Below, piece by piece: positions 1 to 10,259 of a stretch of DNA of 64,000 nucleotides. The notes under the pieces were generated by a model. It was given only the letters and a program-made list of their open reading frames with translations. It made no database searches and had not been told where the DNA came from. How positions within the stretch are numbered: position 1 is the stretch's first letter; the number at the start of each line of letters is the position of its first letter. The stretch comes from Candidatus Thorarchaeota archaeon. GTDB lineage: Archaea; Asgardarchaeota; Thorarchaeia; Thorarchaeales; Thorarchaeaceae. The stretch covers positions 1 through 64,000 of the forward strand of contig JBHIAE010000012.1 of the NCBI GenBank assembly GCA_046758445.1. The letters run 5' to 3'. Position numbers and translations under genes: made by a program.

Positions 1-102
1 CTCATGGTGTGACTATGGACTATATAGATTGCGTTCGACGACTCAGTTTCAGAACCTACTGCTCGGTGGCTTCTTAGGAGGTTAATGTAATTATACCGAA
101 GG

Positions 103-133
103 TTTATATGGAAAACTGTACATTACTACAGTT
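103..133 (+). promoter_or_regulatory. TATA box plus 7-6-7 inverted repeat (probable autoregulatory operator)
   Basis: TTTATAT at 103-109; AACTGTA-cattac-TACAGTT at 114-133, just upstream of the ATG at 143 of a wHTH regulator. Confidence 0.55.
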
Positions 134-142
134 AGTGCACCG

Positions 143-835
143 ATGATGACTGAAGACATTGACCGAATCAAGGAAGAGCTTGAAGAGATACGGAGGATTA
201 AGGAGGACCTCCGTGATGAGCTAGATGAAGTGCGCCGAATCCGAGAGAAGAGTAGAATCCGCCCGCCAAAGCCACCACGCCCAAGAGCGGCAATCGTGGA
301 CTTGAGAGGTCTCACAGATAGCCTCGAGGACATGATGGAAGGCCTTGGCGATCAGATTCGTGAGTCGCTCAGGGGTGTGGAGGATATTGGTGAGGCGTTC
401 TCTGGACCCGCCCTTCATATCCGTTCAAGGAGAAAGAGAAGGCAAGAGAGAGAGGACGAAAGGATCCCTCCGGAGCGTGTCGCCCGCGTAGTGAGCCCCC
501 TGGGAAGTGAAGAGAGGCTCAAGATACTCGACTTTTTGAAGGACGGCGGTAAGAGCTTCAACGAACTGGAGAACCACACAGGAAAGACTGGGAGCTCACT
601 CACACATCATCTAAGTCCACTTGTTGAGGCTGGTTATGTGATAAAGGGAGAGGTCCGTGGCACCTACTATGTCACGGTGGAGGGTCGTCTCGCATACAGA
701 CTTGCACAATGGTTGACGGGGAGAGTCGAGAGGGAGCGGTCCAAAAGTGGCAACAATGAAAATGGCGAATCTGAGATCAGAGTAGTGATCGAAGACGATG
801 AGGACGAGCCATCAAGGGAGGATGACTGGGAATGA
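143..835 (+). CDS. ArsR-type winged-helix transcriptional regulator with N-terminal coiled coil
   Basis: LGSEERLKILDFL..KSFNEL....GKTGSSLTHHLSPLVEAGYV...RGTYYVTVEG wHTH pattern; charged heptad N-terminus. Confidence 0.8.
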   Translation: MMTEDIDRIKEELEEIRRIKEDLRDELDEVRRIREKSRIRPPKPPRPRAAIVDLRGLTDSLEDMMEGLGDQIRESLRGVEDIGEAFSGPALHIRSRRKRRQEREDERIPPERVARVVSPLGSEERLKILDFLKDGGKSFNELENHTGKTGSSLTHHLSPLVEAGYVIKGEVRGTYYVTVEGRLAYRLAQWLTGRVERERSKSGNNENGESEIRVVIEDDEDEPSREDDWE

Positions 836-1590
836 AAGAAATTACGCCTGAAGGACCCATACTTGTTACAACCAGATCTCATGAACTGATCTCACATGAG
901 AAGGCAGTGCTCGAGCTGAAGGAGGGCTGTGCCTGGGTCTATCTGACTCACAACGGAGAGAGAAAAGGCATCGCGTTTGCTGGGCCTTCCAGACTAGCAG
1001 TCGATGCAATCACCGAAACAGAGGCAGGTGCTTCTGGTGAATCGGTCACCGCCACCCTACAAGGAATCCAAGTCTACCTAGGTGAAGTCGGGCTCGAGGA
1101 ACTGTCAAAAGAGGCTCGTGAATCTGATGTGGTTGCTCTCAGTTTCGACGGTAGCTCGGGATTCATGAGTGATGTCACTGCCGCCATTCGGGACAAGGTG
1201 AACGGAAAGGGTGACAAGCGAATCCAACACCAAGAAGGCAGTCTGCTTCTTGGCACTGATTCCCATTCTAAGTCGGTTATCCTGGCCGTCGGAAAGAAAG
1301 GACTTGCTTTTGTCTATGACGAGAATGTCTTTGCAATCGGCGACGAACAGTTGGTGCATGTAGACAGGTCTGGCTTCAGAGTCAAGGGAAAACGCGGAAG
1401 GCCAATCATGGTCTGTTCCGACGGAATCATGGGACTTGAGGGCCTCGAAGAGATTGGTCCTGCTGTTGGGGTCGTTGTCAGTGGAGCCTTGAAGAGTCTA
1501 GCTGCACTCAAGCCATGGAAGTCATTGAAAGCCATTTGTTCCGTTTCATCTGTCTGGGATGACGTGGACGATTTCGACTGGGACGACTAG
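832..1590 (+). CDS. hypothetical protein, translationally coupled to the regulator
   Basis: 252-aa ORF, ATGA overlap at 832-835; no motif recognised. Confidence 0.7.
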   Translation: MKEITPEGPILVTTRSHELISHEKAVLELKEGCAWVYLTHNGERKGIAFAGPSRLAVDAITETEAGASGESVTATLQGIQVYLGEVGLEELSKEARESDVVALSFDGSSGFMSDVTAAIRDKVNGKGDKRIQHQEGSLLLGTDSHSKSVILAVGKKGLAFVYDENVFAIGDEQLVHVDRSGFRVKGKRGRPIMVCSDGIMGLEGLEEIGPAVGVVVSGALKSLAALKPWKSLKAICSVSSVWDDVDDFDWDD

Positions 1591-1591
1591 A

Positions 1592-3394
1592 CTATGTCTG
1601 AATCTGCGGTCCCAGTGCTCTAGGTCGCAACTGTAGCTCATAGAGTGAGTAGTACTTGCCCCGCTTCGCCATGAGTTCTTGGTGCGTGCCTGTTTCAACA
1701 ATCTTGCCCATTTCCAGAACTACAATCCTGTCTGCATTCACTATGGTGGAAAGGCGATGAGCGATCACTATTGAGGTCCTACCCTGGAGCAACGTCTTCA
1801 TGCCACGTTGAATTGCGTGTTCTGTGTACACATCTATCGAGCTGGTAGCCTCGTCAAGCACAAGCACCTTTGGGTTCGCCAAGAGCGCTCTGGCAAAGCT
1901 CACCAATTGACGCTCACCCTCCGAAAGCCTACTTCCCCTCTCACCGACCTCTGTATCAAATCCGTTCTCTAGGTTCTCGATTAATCTCCTCGCACCAATC
2001 GCCTCAGTCGCACGTACAATCTCATCATCTGTCGCAGTAGGTCTGCCATATCTAATGTTGGCCCATACCGTTCCCATGAACAGGAACGGGTCCTGCAGCA
2101 CCAAACCTATCCTTGCACGAAGTGATTCCTGAGTGACTCCGCGAATGTCAGTCCCATCAATCTCGATTGAGCCCTTCCAGACGTCATAGAACCTGTTGAG
2201 GAGGCTCACAACCGTCGTCTTTCCGGCTCCGGTATCACCCACAAGTGCAATTGTTTCTCCGGCTTGAATCTCAAGGTCGAAGTTCTCCAATACAATAGTA
2301 TCCTCAAGATATCCAAATGTGACGTCTTTGAAACGAATATGACCGTCCAAGTCGGGCATTTCTGAAGCATCAGGACTGTCCACAATAGTGGGATGTGAGT
2401 CCATCACAGTGAAGACGCGCTCTGCGCCGGCAAAGGCACTCTGTATTGATGTGTAGAAGTTCGCAATCATGAGAATGGGTCGGAAGAACCTGTCACTGAA
2501 CTGGATGAACAGAATGACCGTGCCCAATGTGATGGTTCCATCAATAAGCCGGAATCCTCCCAGAAGGATGATAAGGAAGATTCCGAGACCGCTGATGAAC
2601 CTGATTGAGGGGAAGAAGGCCGCCATTGCCTCTCCCGCGTCAACATTTGACTGATAGTCGGCTCTGTTCAGTTCCTCGAATTGAACCACACTTCTGCGCT
2701 CTCGAGCGAAGCTCTTCGTGACCTTTGCTCCAGAGATGCTCTCTGCTAAGTTCGCAGTCACATTAGAGATTGTCTTTCTCGTCCTGCGATAAGCCTCCCT
2801 GAGTCTGCTGCGGAAGAACACTGTCGCAATCAAGAGTATCGGCACTATCGCTACTGATGCAACAGCAAGCTGAAGGTCCACTGTGAATATCACTGCTCCA
2901 ATAGCAAACACAATGAAGATCTGGGCGAAGGTACTGATGAGGCCCCCGCTGAGAAGCTCGCTCATCCTATCTACGTCGTTGATGAGTCTGGAGATGATTC
3001 TACCCGAGGATGACTTATCGTAGAAGTCCTGCGACATTCTCTGGAGATGCTGGTAGAGCTCCTGTCTCATTCTGAAGATGGCCTTTTGTCCCATGAGGGC
3101 CATGAGATACTCATTTCCGTAGGCACTCAACCAAGCAAACAGCTGCAGAAGCACATAGAGCGATGCCGTGAAGAGCAACGCATCGAGGTCTCCACTTGGA
3201 AAGTCCACGTCGATTGCATGTTGTAGAATAAAAGGCATCCAAACACTGACCACAATGCCGAACGTAACCAGAAACACGACTGCAGTAAAGAGACCTCGAT
3301 AGACGAGTAGGTACCAAACCATGCGTTTCATCAAGGCGCCGTCTGGATATGCGTGAGTACGCTCTTCCTCGTCGGCAACCATCTGGCCGCTCAT
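1592..3394 (-). CDS. heterodimeric ABC exporter subunit (TMD+NBD)
   Basis: multiple TM helices, Walker A GDTGAGKT, signature LSEGE, Walker B LDEATS, AHRLST. Confidence 0.92.
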   Translation of the reverse strand: MSGQMVADEEERTHAYPDGALMKRMVWYLLVYRGLFTAVVFLVTFGIVVSVWMPFILQHAIDVDFPSGDLDALLFTASLYVLLQLFAWLSAYGNEYLMALMGQKAIFRMRQELYQHLQRMSQDFYDKSSSGRIISRLINDVDRMSELLSGGLISTFAQIFIVFAIGAVIFTVDLQLAVASVAIVPILLIATVFFRSRLREAYRRTRKTISNVTANLAESISGAKVTKSFARERRSVVQFEELNRADYQSNVDAGEAMAAFFPSIRFISGLGIFLIILLGGFRLIDGTITLGTVILFIQFSDRFFRPILMIANFYTSIQSAFAGAERVFTVMDSHPTIVDSPDASEMPDLDGHIRFKDVTFGYLEDTIVLENFDLEIQAGETIALVGDTGAGKTTVVSLLNRFYDVWKGSIEIDGTDIRGVTQESLRARIGLVLQDPFLFMGTVWANIRYGRPTATDDEIVRATEAIGARRLIENLENGFDTEVGERGSRLSEGERQLVSFARALLANPKVLVLDEATSSIDVYTEHAIQRGMKTLLQGRTSIVIAHRLSTIVNADRIVVLEMGKIVETGTHQELMAKRGKYYSLYELQLRPRALGPQIQT

Positions 3395-5175
3395 GGTTCA
3401 TGCTCTCCTGTAGCCGTAAAGGATCCGGATCCTGTGCTTGGAGCTGCAAGCTCCATCTCGGTCAACGTCCCATGAATCCCCGAGTAGACACCACCATTTG
3501 CCACAAGCTCCTCATGGGTCCCCATCTCTACGATTTGCCCTCTCTCCATCATGACAATGAGGTCGGCATTGCGAATAGTACTTAGTCTGTGCGTGATGAT
3601 GAAGGTGGTGCGACCGACCATTAGATTCTCGAGTGCCTGTTGTATCTGCATTTCTGTCATTGCGTCAACTGAACTTGTCGAGTCATCCAGAATCAGTATC
3701 TTGGGGTCTGCCAGCAGAGCTCTTGCTATGGCAACCCTCTGCTTTTGACCCCCGCTCAGCGTGACTCCACGCTCACCTATGACAGAATCATATCTCTCTT
3801 CCAGAGTCATGACGAAGTCGTGGATCATTGCAGCCCTCGCAGCCGTTTCAACCTCCTCCAACGATGCCTCTGGCCTGCCGAATGCAATGTTTTCCCGAAT
3901 GCTCGCAGAGAACAGGAAGGGATCCTGGTGAACCATACCTATACTTCTTCTTAGGTGTTCAATCCTGTACTGACGTACATCAATCCCATCCACAAGGACT
4001 TTCCCAGGTTCATCAGTATCGTAGAATCGCGGAATCAAATTGATGAGACTAGTCTTCCCAGACCCAGTTCCTCCAAGTAGTGCAACAACCTTACCAGGTT
4101 CAACACGGAGATCAATGCCACGGAGGATGTGCTTTCCGCCGCCGTAGCTGAAGAACACATCTTCAAAGTCAACTCTACCTTCAATCTTGGCGTGTTCAAC
4201 TGGTGTTTCTGGATTCATGATTTCATCGCGATGATCAAGGATGTAGAAGGTCCTTTCACCAGCAGCTGAGGCTCTTTGGTACATCCCCACACCCCAGCTG
4301 AGGAATCTCGCGGGCAGGATGAGCATCCCCACAAGCGACACAAATCCTACAAACACACCGTAGGAAAGATCGCCCAAGACGAACGAGAAACCCCCGATGT
4401 AGATGAGTGCACCAGTTGCCACACCAAAGACTGTGGGCAACAAGGGGCGATAGAACGAGAGCAGCCTAAGGGCTTCAACTCTGAGTTCTAGGAAGTTTCG
4501 ATTCTCCTGTTCTACTCTCTCGTTTTCCCTGTCCATAGCGGCATAGGACTGTACAACTTTCATTCCAACCACATTCTCGGCGAGAACAGAACTCAGAACA
4601 CCATACTGACTCCGGGCTTCGTAGAACACTGGCCGTACGCGGTTTGCGAACACATACACAAAGACGCCCATGAAGGGGACGAGGACAAGCATGTACAGAG
4701 TGAGTTGCGGACTCAGGCTCCACATAATCACGTAAGTCCCAATCATTGTGGCTAGGCCGATGAAGATCACTCGATAGCCCCAGAGTAGAAACTCGCGCAT
4801 CGTGGTGACATCAGTTGTGACTCTCGCCAAGAGCTGTCCTGTTTCGTTCTCATCGTAGAATGCTAAATCCTTCTCCATTAGCGAATCATAGAGATCAGTT
4901 CGAAGGTCGTATATGACATGCTGCGCCAATAGAGCGGCAAGCCAACGCCCACCGACACCAAAGACCATGTGCAGTACGATCAACGCGAGATAGAGCAGGG
5001 AGTATGTGACAATGAGGTCGTACTGGGCTGCCGGAATAACGGAGTCAATCATAACTACGAGAATCAAGGGCGTCAGTACGTTGAATATGGTGGCCACTCC
5101 TGCAGAGGCTAGAAAGCCGAAGAAATGGCCCCGATATCTCAGGGCATATCTTGTGAGTCTTGACACATAGCCCAT
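3391..5175 (-). CDS. heterodimeric ABC exporter subunit (TMD+NBD, degenerate Walker B)
   Basis: GGTGSGKT, LSGGQ, LDDSTS; ATGA overlap with partner; TM287/288-like asymmetry. Confidence 0.92.
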   Translation of the reverse strand: MGYVSRLTRYALRYRGHFFGFLASAGVATIFNVLTPLILVVMIDSVIPAAQYDLIVTYSLLYLALIVLHMVFGVGGRWLAALLAQHVIYDLRTDLYDSLMEKDLAFYDENETGQLLARVTTDVTTMREFLLWGYRVIFIGLATMIGTYVIMWSLSPQLTLYMLVLVPFMGVFVYVFANRVRPVFYEARSQYGVLSSVLAENVVGMKVVQSYAAMDRENERVEQENRNFLELRVEALRLLSFYRPLLPTVFGVATGALIYIGGFSFVLGDLSYGVFVGFVSLVGMLILPARFLSWGVGMYQRASAAGERTFYILDHRDEIMNPETPVEHAKIEGRVDFEDVFFSYGGGKHILRGIDLRVEPGKVVALLGGTGSGKTSLINLIPRFYDTDEPGKVLVDGIDVRQYRIEHLRRSIGMVHQDPFLFSASIRENIAFGRPEASLEEVETAARAAMIHDFVMTLEERYDSVIGERGVTLSGGQKQRVAIARALLADPKILILDDSTSSVDAMTEMQIQQALENLMVGRTTFIITHRLSTIRNADLIVMMERGQIVEMGTHEELVANGGVYSGIHGTLTEMELAAPSTGSGSFTATGEHEP

Positions 5176-5278
5176 ACCTGATGCCCACTCATCCGATTTG
5201 ACCTGTCATGATAAGAGTTGCGCAGTCTGCACCATCTATTGGCCACTGGATGAAACGTGTCGGCGATGTGTGCAGTTC

Positions 5279-5704
5279 TCAACCACCACAGTTCTTAGCT
5301 AACTTGCGTCCTAACTCCCTACACGACTCAAGTGCTTCCTCGTTGGGATAGTCCTTCGCCTTGAGAGGTTTGTCGACAAGAGTTCCACCAAGAGCCACCA
5401 TCTGTTGTCCGATGAAGTCAGGTGCCTCTCCACTCCACCCATAGGAGCCAAATGCGGCTGATGGCTTTCCATCGAGCTGTCCCATCTCGGCCAAGATTTG
5501 CCTCACCTTGGGGAGTGGCCGTTTCATTCTGGTTGAGCTTCCGATTGCCACCGCGCATACGTCACCAACAGCTTGGAACTTGGCTGCATCAATCAAGAGG
5601 CACTCAGCTTTGCCAGACTGCACACCCTCACATATTGCATCAGCCATAGCTTTTGTACGGCCCCTTGTGCTCTCATAGACGATTAGAACTTTCATCTTGC
5701 TCAT
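5279..5704 (-). CDS. flavodoxin-like protein
   Basis: IVYESTRGRTKAMA, GSST, AFGSYGWSGEA. Confidence 0.88.
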   Translation of the reverse strand: MSKMKVLIVYESTRGRTKAMADAICEGVQSGKAECLLIDAAKFQAVGDVCAVAIGSSTRMKRPLPKVRQILAEMGQLDGKPSAAFGSYGWSGEAPDFIGQQMVALGGTLVDKPLKAKDYPNEEALESCRELGRKLAKNCGG

Positions 5705-5820
5705 TCACTAGCATATGCCATCCCAAGAAAAGCATTCGGAACTGACCATCGAACTGCAAGAGAAACCTTCACACGTATGACTTCATATGGCAGTCCTGTA
5801 TCTACTTCTCATGTGATCTC

Positions 5821-6501
5821 TTGAACCACGAACAGAAGATTGAGGAGAAGGTCACAGCAGTGTGTGAACTACTGATTCAGGAGTACGGCGATGTAGTAGT
5901 CGATCGTATGTTGGATCCTATAGGGGAGCTTGTGTTCACAATCCTCTCCCAAAACACCGCTGACATAAACACTAAGCGAGCATTCAATGCACTTCGCTCT
6001 AAATACGCAAACTGGGATGATGTTCTAGACGCACCTGATGACGAGCTAGCCATTGTCATTAGGTCCTCTGGTCCTTTCCGGGTCAAAGCCAAGCGCATCA
6101 AAGCCTCTCTGTCAGAGATCAAGAGACGAACAGGCAGACTTGATCTTTCACACCTTGCTGAAATGGAAACTCAAGAAGCCATGAACTGGTTAACAACTCT
6201 TCACGGGGTGGGTCCGAAGACTGCTGCGATAGTTCTGCTTTTCTGCTTCGAGAAACCAGTTCTACCAGTCGATACGCATGTATGGCGCGTAAGCAAGCGT
6301 TTGGGCTTGGTACCTGACAATGCGTCCCGAGAATCTACTCAGAGTCTACTTGAAGAGAAAGTGCCAGAGTATTGTGTTTACTCAATGAATCACAACCTCA
6401 TCAAACACGGACGAACAATATGCAAAGCGCAGAAACCGATTTGCAGGGAGTGCTTTCTATCTTGTCACTGCATCTATTACTCAAATCTACAGAAGAAATG
6501 A
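5821..6501 (+). CDS. nth: endonuclease III (HhH-GPD glycosylase with 4Fe-4S cluster)
   Basis: LSQNT, GVGPKTA, PVDTH, C-x6-C-x2-C-x5-C. Confidence 0.9.
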   Translation: MNHEQKIEEKVTAVCELLIQEYGDVVVDRMLDPIGELVFTILSQNTADINTKRAFNALRSKYANWDDVLDAPDDELAIVIRSSGPFRVKAKRIKASLSEIKRRTGRLDLSHLAEMETQEAMNWLTTLHGVGPKTAAIVLLFCFEKPVLPVDTHVWRVSKRLGLVPDNASRESTQSLLEEKVPEYCVYSMNHNLIKHGRTICKAQKPICRECFLSCHCIYYSNLQKK

Positions 6502-6620
6502 GAATCATCCCCTTCCTAACTATTCGTTTGTGCGATTCACCTTCCACTAACTACAAAAGGAGAGTGCATGGTTTCCTAAGCTATATATCGATACTAACCA
6601 AACTGGAGCTAGACTAACTC

Positions 6621-7967
6621 TTGCAGGCAGCGTTCGACCCAGCAATACTGTTTCTCATTGGCGCCGCTTTGGTTTTTGCCTTTGTCGGCGCTAGAGTGAT
6701 GAAGAGGATTGGTATTCCCCAGATTCTTGGATTCATGCTTACAGGGCTCATCCTGGGCGTAACAGGTGTGTTTGATGAATCCGTAAGGGGCGCACTCTTT
6801 CCCCTCGTTGAACTTGCACTTGGTCTGATTGGTTTCAATATTGGAGTTGAATTGAGAAAGGAAGTCTTCAGTGGACAGACCAGAAGAATGTCTATCATTC
6901 TCATGTCTGAGTCCATCTTGACCTTCCTCGTTGTGACATTCTTGGCTAATCTTGTAATTGGACAGCTACACATTGCTATAATCTTTGGAGCGCTGGCTAG
7001 TGCCACAGATCCCGCTTCCACTGTTATGGTGATTTGGGAGAGGAAGAGCAAGGGGAATCTCACTGATACTCTGATGTTTGTATTAGCTATGGATGACGTG
7101 ATTGCCATTCTGCTAGCTAATGTATCGATATCTATTGCAGTTCTATTCTATTCAGCTCCTGGAGCAATTACGGCACTCGACGTAGTCATAGTATCGGCTT
7201 ATGAGATAGCTGCTTCATCCGCAGCTGGAGTCCTTTTCGGAGCGGCAATGGTGTATTTCATCAATCGTGAAGATGATAGAAGACAGCTTCTTGAATTGGA
7301 GCTGGGCGTCATTATACTCCTTGTTGGGTTGATGTCATATCTGCATCTGAGTTCGATTCTCTCAAGTATGGTATTTGGATTCATAGTTGGGAACTACGTG
7401 AGTGCTGACAAAGACCCAGTAAGTCACACACTCCATGTTGTCATGTCACCGATTGTGATGATCTTCTTCGTCATTGTTGGTGCCTCAATCGATTTCTCCG
7501 TGGTGGCCAATGTCACAGTGGTTCTCCTGGCAGCACTCTATGTCGCAGGACGAACATTTTCCAAGTACTTTGGTGCATATGGAGGGGCAAAGGCCACAGG
7601 AACTCCAGCTCTCACGACGCGGTATCTTGGTCTTTGTCTGATGTCTCAGGCTGGCGTAGCAGTGGGACTCTCTCTGGTGGTAGAACAGAATCTTATCAGT
7701 ATTGGACACGCTGACGCAATCTATTATGGCGTGCTCATCCTCAATGTACTAGTATTAACAACTATGATTCTCCAAATCTTTGGTCCTATCGCAGCCAGCG
7801 AAGGGCTGAAGCGTGCAGGTGAATACTCTGAGAACGCCTTTGTTCCTAGTAGCGAAGTCCCTTTTGGGACTTCTCTGCGACTTGAACCAGGCTCAGATAA
7901 TGGCAATCCTGACAATGCGTCAGATTGGCCCTCGTCTGAACCTCCCCCGGAAGAGAATGACACGTGA
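6621..7967 (+). CDS. cation:proton antiporter (CPA2-type)
   Basis: about 12-13 TM, ATDPA, AMDD, QAGVAVGL motifs. Confidence 0.88.
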   Translation: MQAAFDPAILFLIGAALVFAFVGARVMKRIGIPQILGFMLTGLILGVTGVFDESVRGALFPLVELALGLIGFNIGVELRKEVFSGQTRRMSIILMSESILTFLVVTFLANLVIGQLHIAIIFGALASATDPASTVMVIWERKSKGNLTDTLMFVLAMDDVIAILLANVSISIAVLFYSAPGAITALDVVIVSAYEIAASSAAGVLFGAAMVYFINREDDRRQLLELELGVIILLVGLMSYLHLSSILSSMVFGFIVGNYVSADKDPVSHTLHVVMSPIVMIFFVIVGASIDFSVVANVTVVLLAALYVAGRTFSKYFGAYGGAKATGTPALTTRYLGLCLMSQAGVAVGLSLVVEQNLISIGHADAIYYGVLILNVLVLTTMILQIFGPIAASEGLKRAGEYSENAFVPSSEVPFGTSLRLEPGSDNGNPDNASDWPSSEPPPEENDT

Positions 7968-7999
7968 TTCTTATCAGATGGGAATGACATCAATCGCAC

Positions 8000-8293
8000 A
8001 TGAGTGAAGACAACTGTGTTAGAGATGAACCATGGCACATAATGTGCCGTGTCAAGAGTCAGACAGGCCATTGTGCAGCTGGACATAAAGAAGGTAACGA
8101 GATTCTATTCACTTCACAAGAGGTCAAAGGTAGAATATGCATCAGTGCTCTCTACTCGATTATTCCAAAGGTCTATGCAATGATGTACAACGCAAGGTTT
8201 CCATGGCTCAAGGACCAGTGTGTGGCCACACACGCATGCCCTGACGGGTTCAATCCTGTCATGTTCGAACTGATACGAAGGTCCCCGGATTAG
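8000..8293 (+). CDS. TIGR04076-family small Cys-rich protein
   Basis: CAAGHKEG...ICISAL...FPW...CPD....VMFEL. Confidence 0.75.
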   Translation: MSEDNCVRDEPWHIMCRVKSQTGHCAAGHKEGNEILFTSQEVKGRICISALYSIIPKVYAMMYNARFPWLKDQCVATHACPDGFNPVMFELIRRSPD

Positions 8294-8305
8294 ACCACAT
8301 ACTCG

Positions 8306-8431
8306 TCATAGGTCCTCAATGGGAGGCTCATTGTAGAACTCTTCATTCTGCTCCATGAGAGGAGCGGATGCCCCCTTCATGTCCTCAAGGACGGCATCCT
8401 TTTCAGGACTATTGCTCATGTAGGTTATAGT
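8306..8431 (-). pseudogene. 3' remnant of a paralog of 9767..10195
   Basis: translates TITYMSNSPEKDAVLEDMKGASAPLMEQNEEFYNEPPIEDL*, matching TLTIMTNRPEEDAVLEDMKGIFAPLMESREEDHFDEAPYEDL*. Confidence 0.8.
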
Positions 8432-8612
8432 TGACTACACAGTCTACAAGGAAGCGACCATGGCATGATGGCAGGAGTTGTCTAGTGCAAGCGAACAAGT
8501 AGATAACATCAAGGCATATTCAAAGGCTGTCAGCATCGTCCTCTTGGGAATGAAGTTGATTAGTTGGATAGCGGGCTCTTCAGGCAGCTATTGATATGGT
8601 GGACAGGAAGAG

Positions 8613-9482
8613 ATGGAGGCGTCTGAGAAACTCTCGGCTTTGCTCCGGGAATACGAGGAGTACTGGGAGCAAGAGGAGAAGTCATTGGAGAGAGGCGAAG
8701 GAATCGAAGCCGCAGACTTTGACTGGTTGCGGCGTTTCCAGAAGAAGTCCAATGGGCTCTCTCCTCTATCCGATTCTGAGTCTCAGTACCTTCTGGAGCT
8801 TGGCAGGACATACCTCCTAGAGGGTCTAGTTCATCGAATGAGTGAATTGGCTAAGACCTACAGCTACGCGGACGGTCATCCACTCCCCGGCATGGACTTT
8901 TACTCTGGCTGGAGAATAGATGTCCCCAATCTCTCAGTGAGGGCCCACTTTGAGGCATACTCTCTCCGTCCTCTCCTTGCCCCCGATGAAAGGATTCTCT
9001 ATCATGATGAAATCCAGATGGTAATGCGCAGGATGCCGAACTTCCGCATTGGCTGTATCTTCTTGACCAACAAACGGTTCTTCGTACTGGGGAGGCGGAA
9101 TATGTACGACCCTCGAGAGCGCAGCGACATCCTTCAGCTCATCTATCCTGACATGGAGGAGAAGAGATACTTCCATGGTCTAGATTTCTTCGAGTTGGAC
9201 CGTATACGAAAGTTGGTGACCAAGAAGAAGCGGATAGAGATGAAGTTCCACTGCACATATGCACTGATAAAGCCCACCATAATCCAAGGCCCCCTCTGGG
9301 TCAAGTTCGACCTTGGAGATAGGACTGAAGTCCAAACAGGAGAGATCAAGCTCTTAATGAGTCCTTCCCCATTTCCCGAAAAGTTCATCCTCGATGGCTA
9401 TGACGAGAAGAAGAGGACTGCTCTTTTGTCTTCTTCAATCCAACGTGCGAGGGAGGCATTGGAGAGTCAGTCTGGCGAATAG
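8613..9482 (+). CDS. hypothetical protein, possible PH/GRAM-like domain
   Basis: 289-aa ORF; IGCIFLTNKRFFV resembles the GxxxLTxxR PH-like motif. Confidence 0.65.
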   Translation: MEASEKLSALLREYEEYWEQEEKSLERGEGIEAADFDWLRRFQKKSNGLSPLSDSESQYLLELGRTYLLEGLVHRMSELAKTYSYADGHPLPGMDFYSGWRIDVPNLSVRAHFEAYSLRPLLAPDERILYHDEIQMVMRRMPNFRIGCIFLTNKRFFVLGRRNMYDPRERSDILQLIYPDMEEKRYFHGLDFFELDRIRKLVTKKKRIEMKFHCTYALIKPTIIQGPLWVKFDLGDRTEVQTGEIKLLMSPSPFPEKFILDGYDEKKRTALLSSSIQRAREALESQSGE

Positions 9483-9766
9483 AGGCTACTACAATACCCG
9501 AGCACTTACACGAGCCACGACAGGTGCCTTTCGGAGTCGCTCCACGTCCTCGACGCACTCTTCCTTGGGATAGGACTCATCCTTCCGCTCGTCTGTCTGA
9601 AGGGCGGCTTCAAGAATCGATAGGCACGCGTGTATCCAACTTTCATCAAACTCCTGAGATATCCACTCCACAAGACCTTTCTCAGATTGACCCAAATCCT
9701 GTCAATCTGGACGCATCTTCCCATGTCATAGAATACCTTATCGAGCAGGCGATTTGGCCTTGAACT

Positions 9767-10195
9767 CTAGAGGTCCTCATAGGGTGCTTCGTCGAAGTGA
9801 TCCTCCTCCCTGCTCTCCATCAAAGGGGCAAATATGCCCTTCATATCCTCGAGTACAGCATCCTCTTCAGGCCGGTTGGTCATAATGGTGAGAGTTCTTC
9901 CATACCAACCGCATTCTAAACACAGATATGCGGGCTGAAAGGTTCCCAAAAAGCCCAAGTCGCGATAGGATGTCAGGTCGATTACTCTAGGGCTTTTACA
10001 GTTGGGGCAAATCACGATATCCGCGTCGACACCACGTCTTTTCAGCTCATCAAGTGCCTCTTTTACCATCTTCATTCTTTTAAGGTCACGAAGTTCCTTT
10101 CTCGAGAGCTGTCCAGTTGATTGTCTTTCCAAGTCCCAAGCCTCTTTGAGCTCGTCTTTCACGGGGCATATACACATTGTGCTTGCGTCAAGCAT
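9767..10195 (-). CDS. Zn-ribbon protein
   Basis: CPNCKS...YLCLECGWYG. Confidence 0.75.
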   Translation of the reverse strand: MLDASTMCICPVKDELKEAWDLERQSTGQLSRKELRDLKRMKMVKEALDELKRRGVDADIVICPNCKSPRVIDLTSYRDLGFLGTFQPAYLCLECGWYGRTLTIMTNRPEEDAVLEDMKGIFAPLMESREEDHFDEAPYEDL

Positions 10196-10259
10196 GTACT
10201 ATAGGGCTCCGCGGTAGTCATGGTGCCAATAGATAAATCCGGATGTCTACTAGGCCAGA

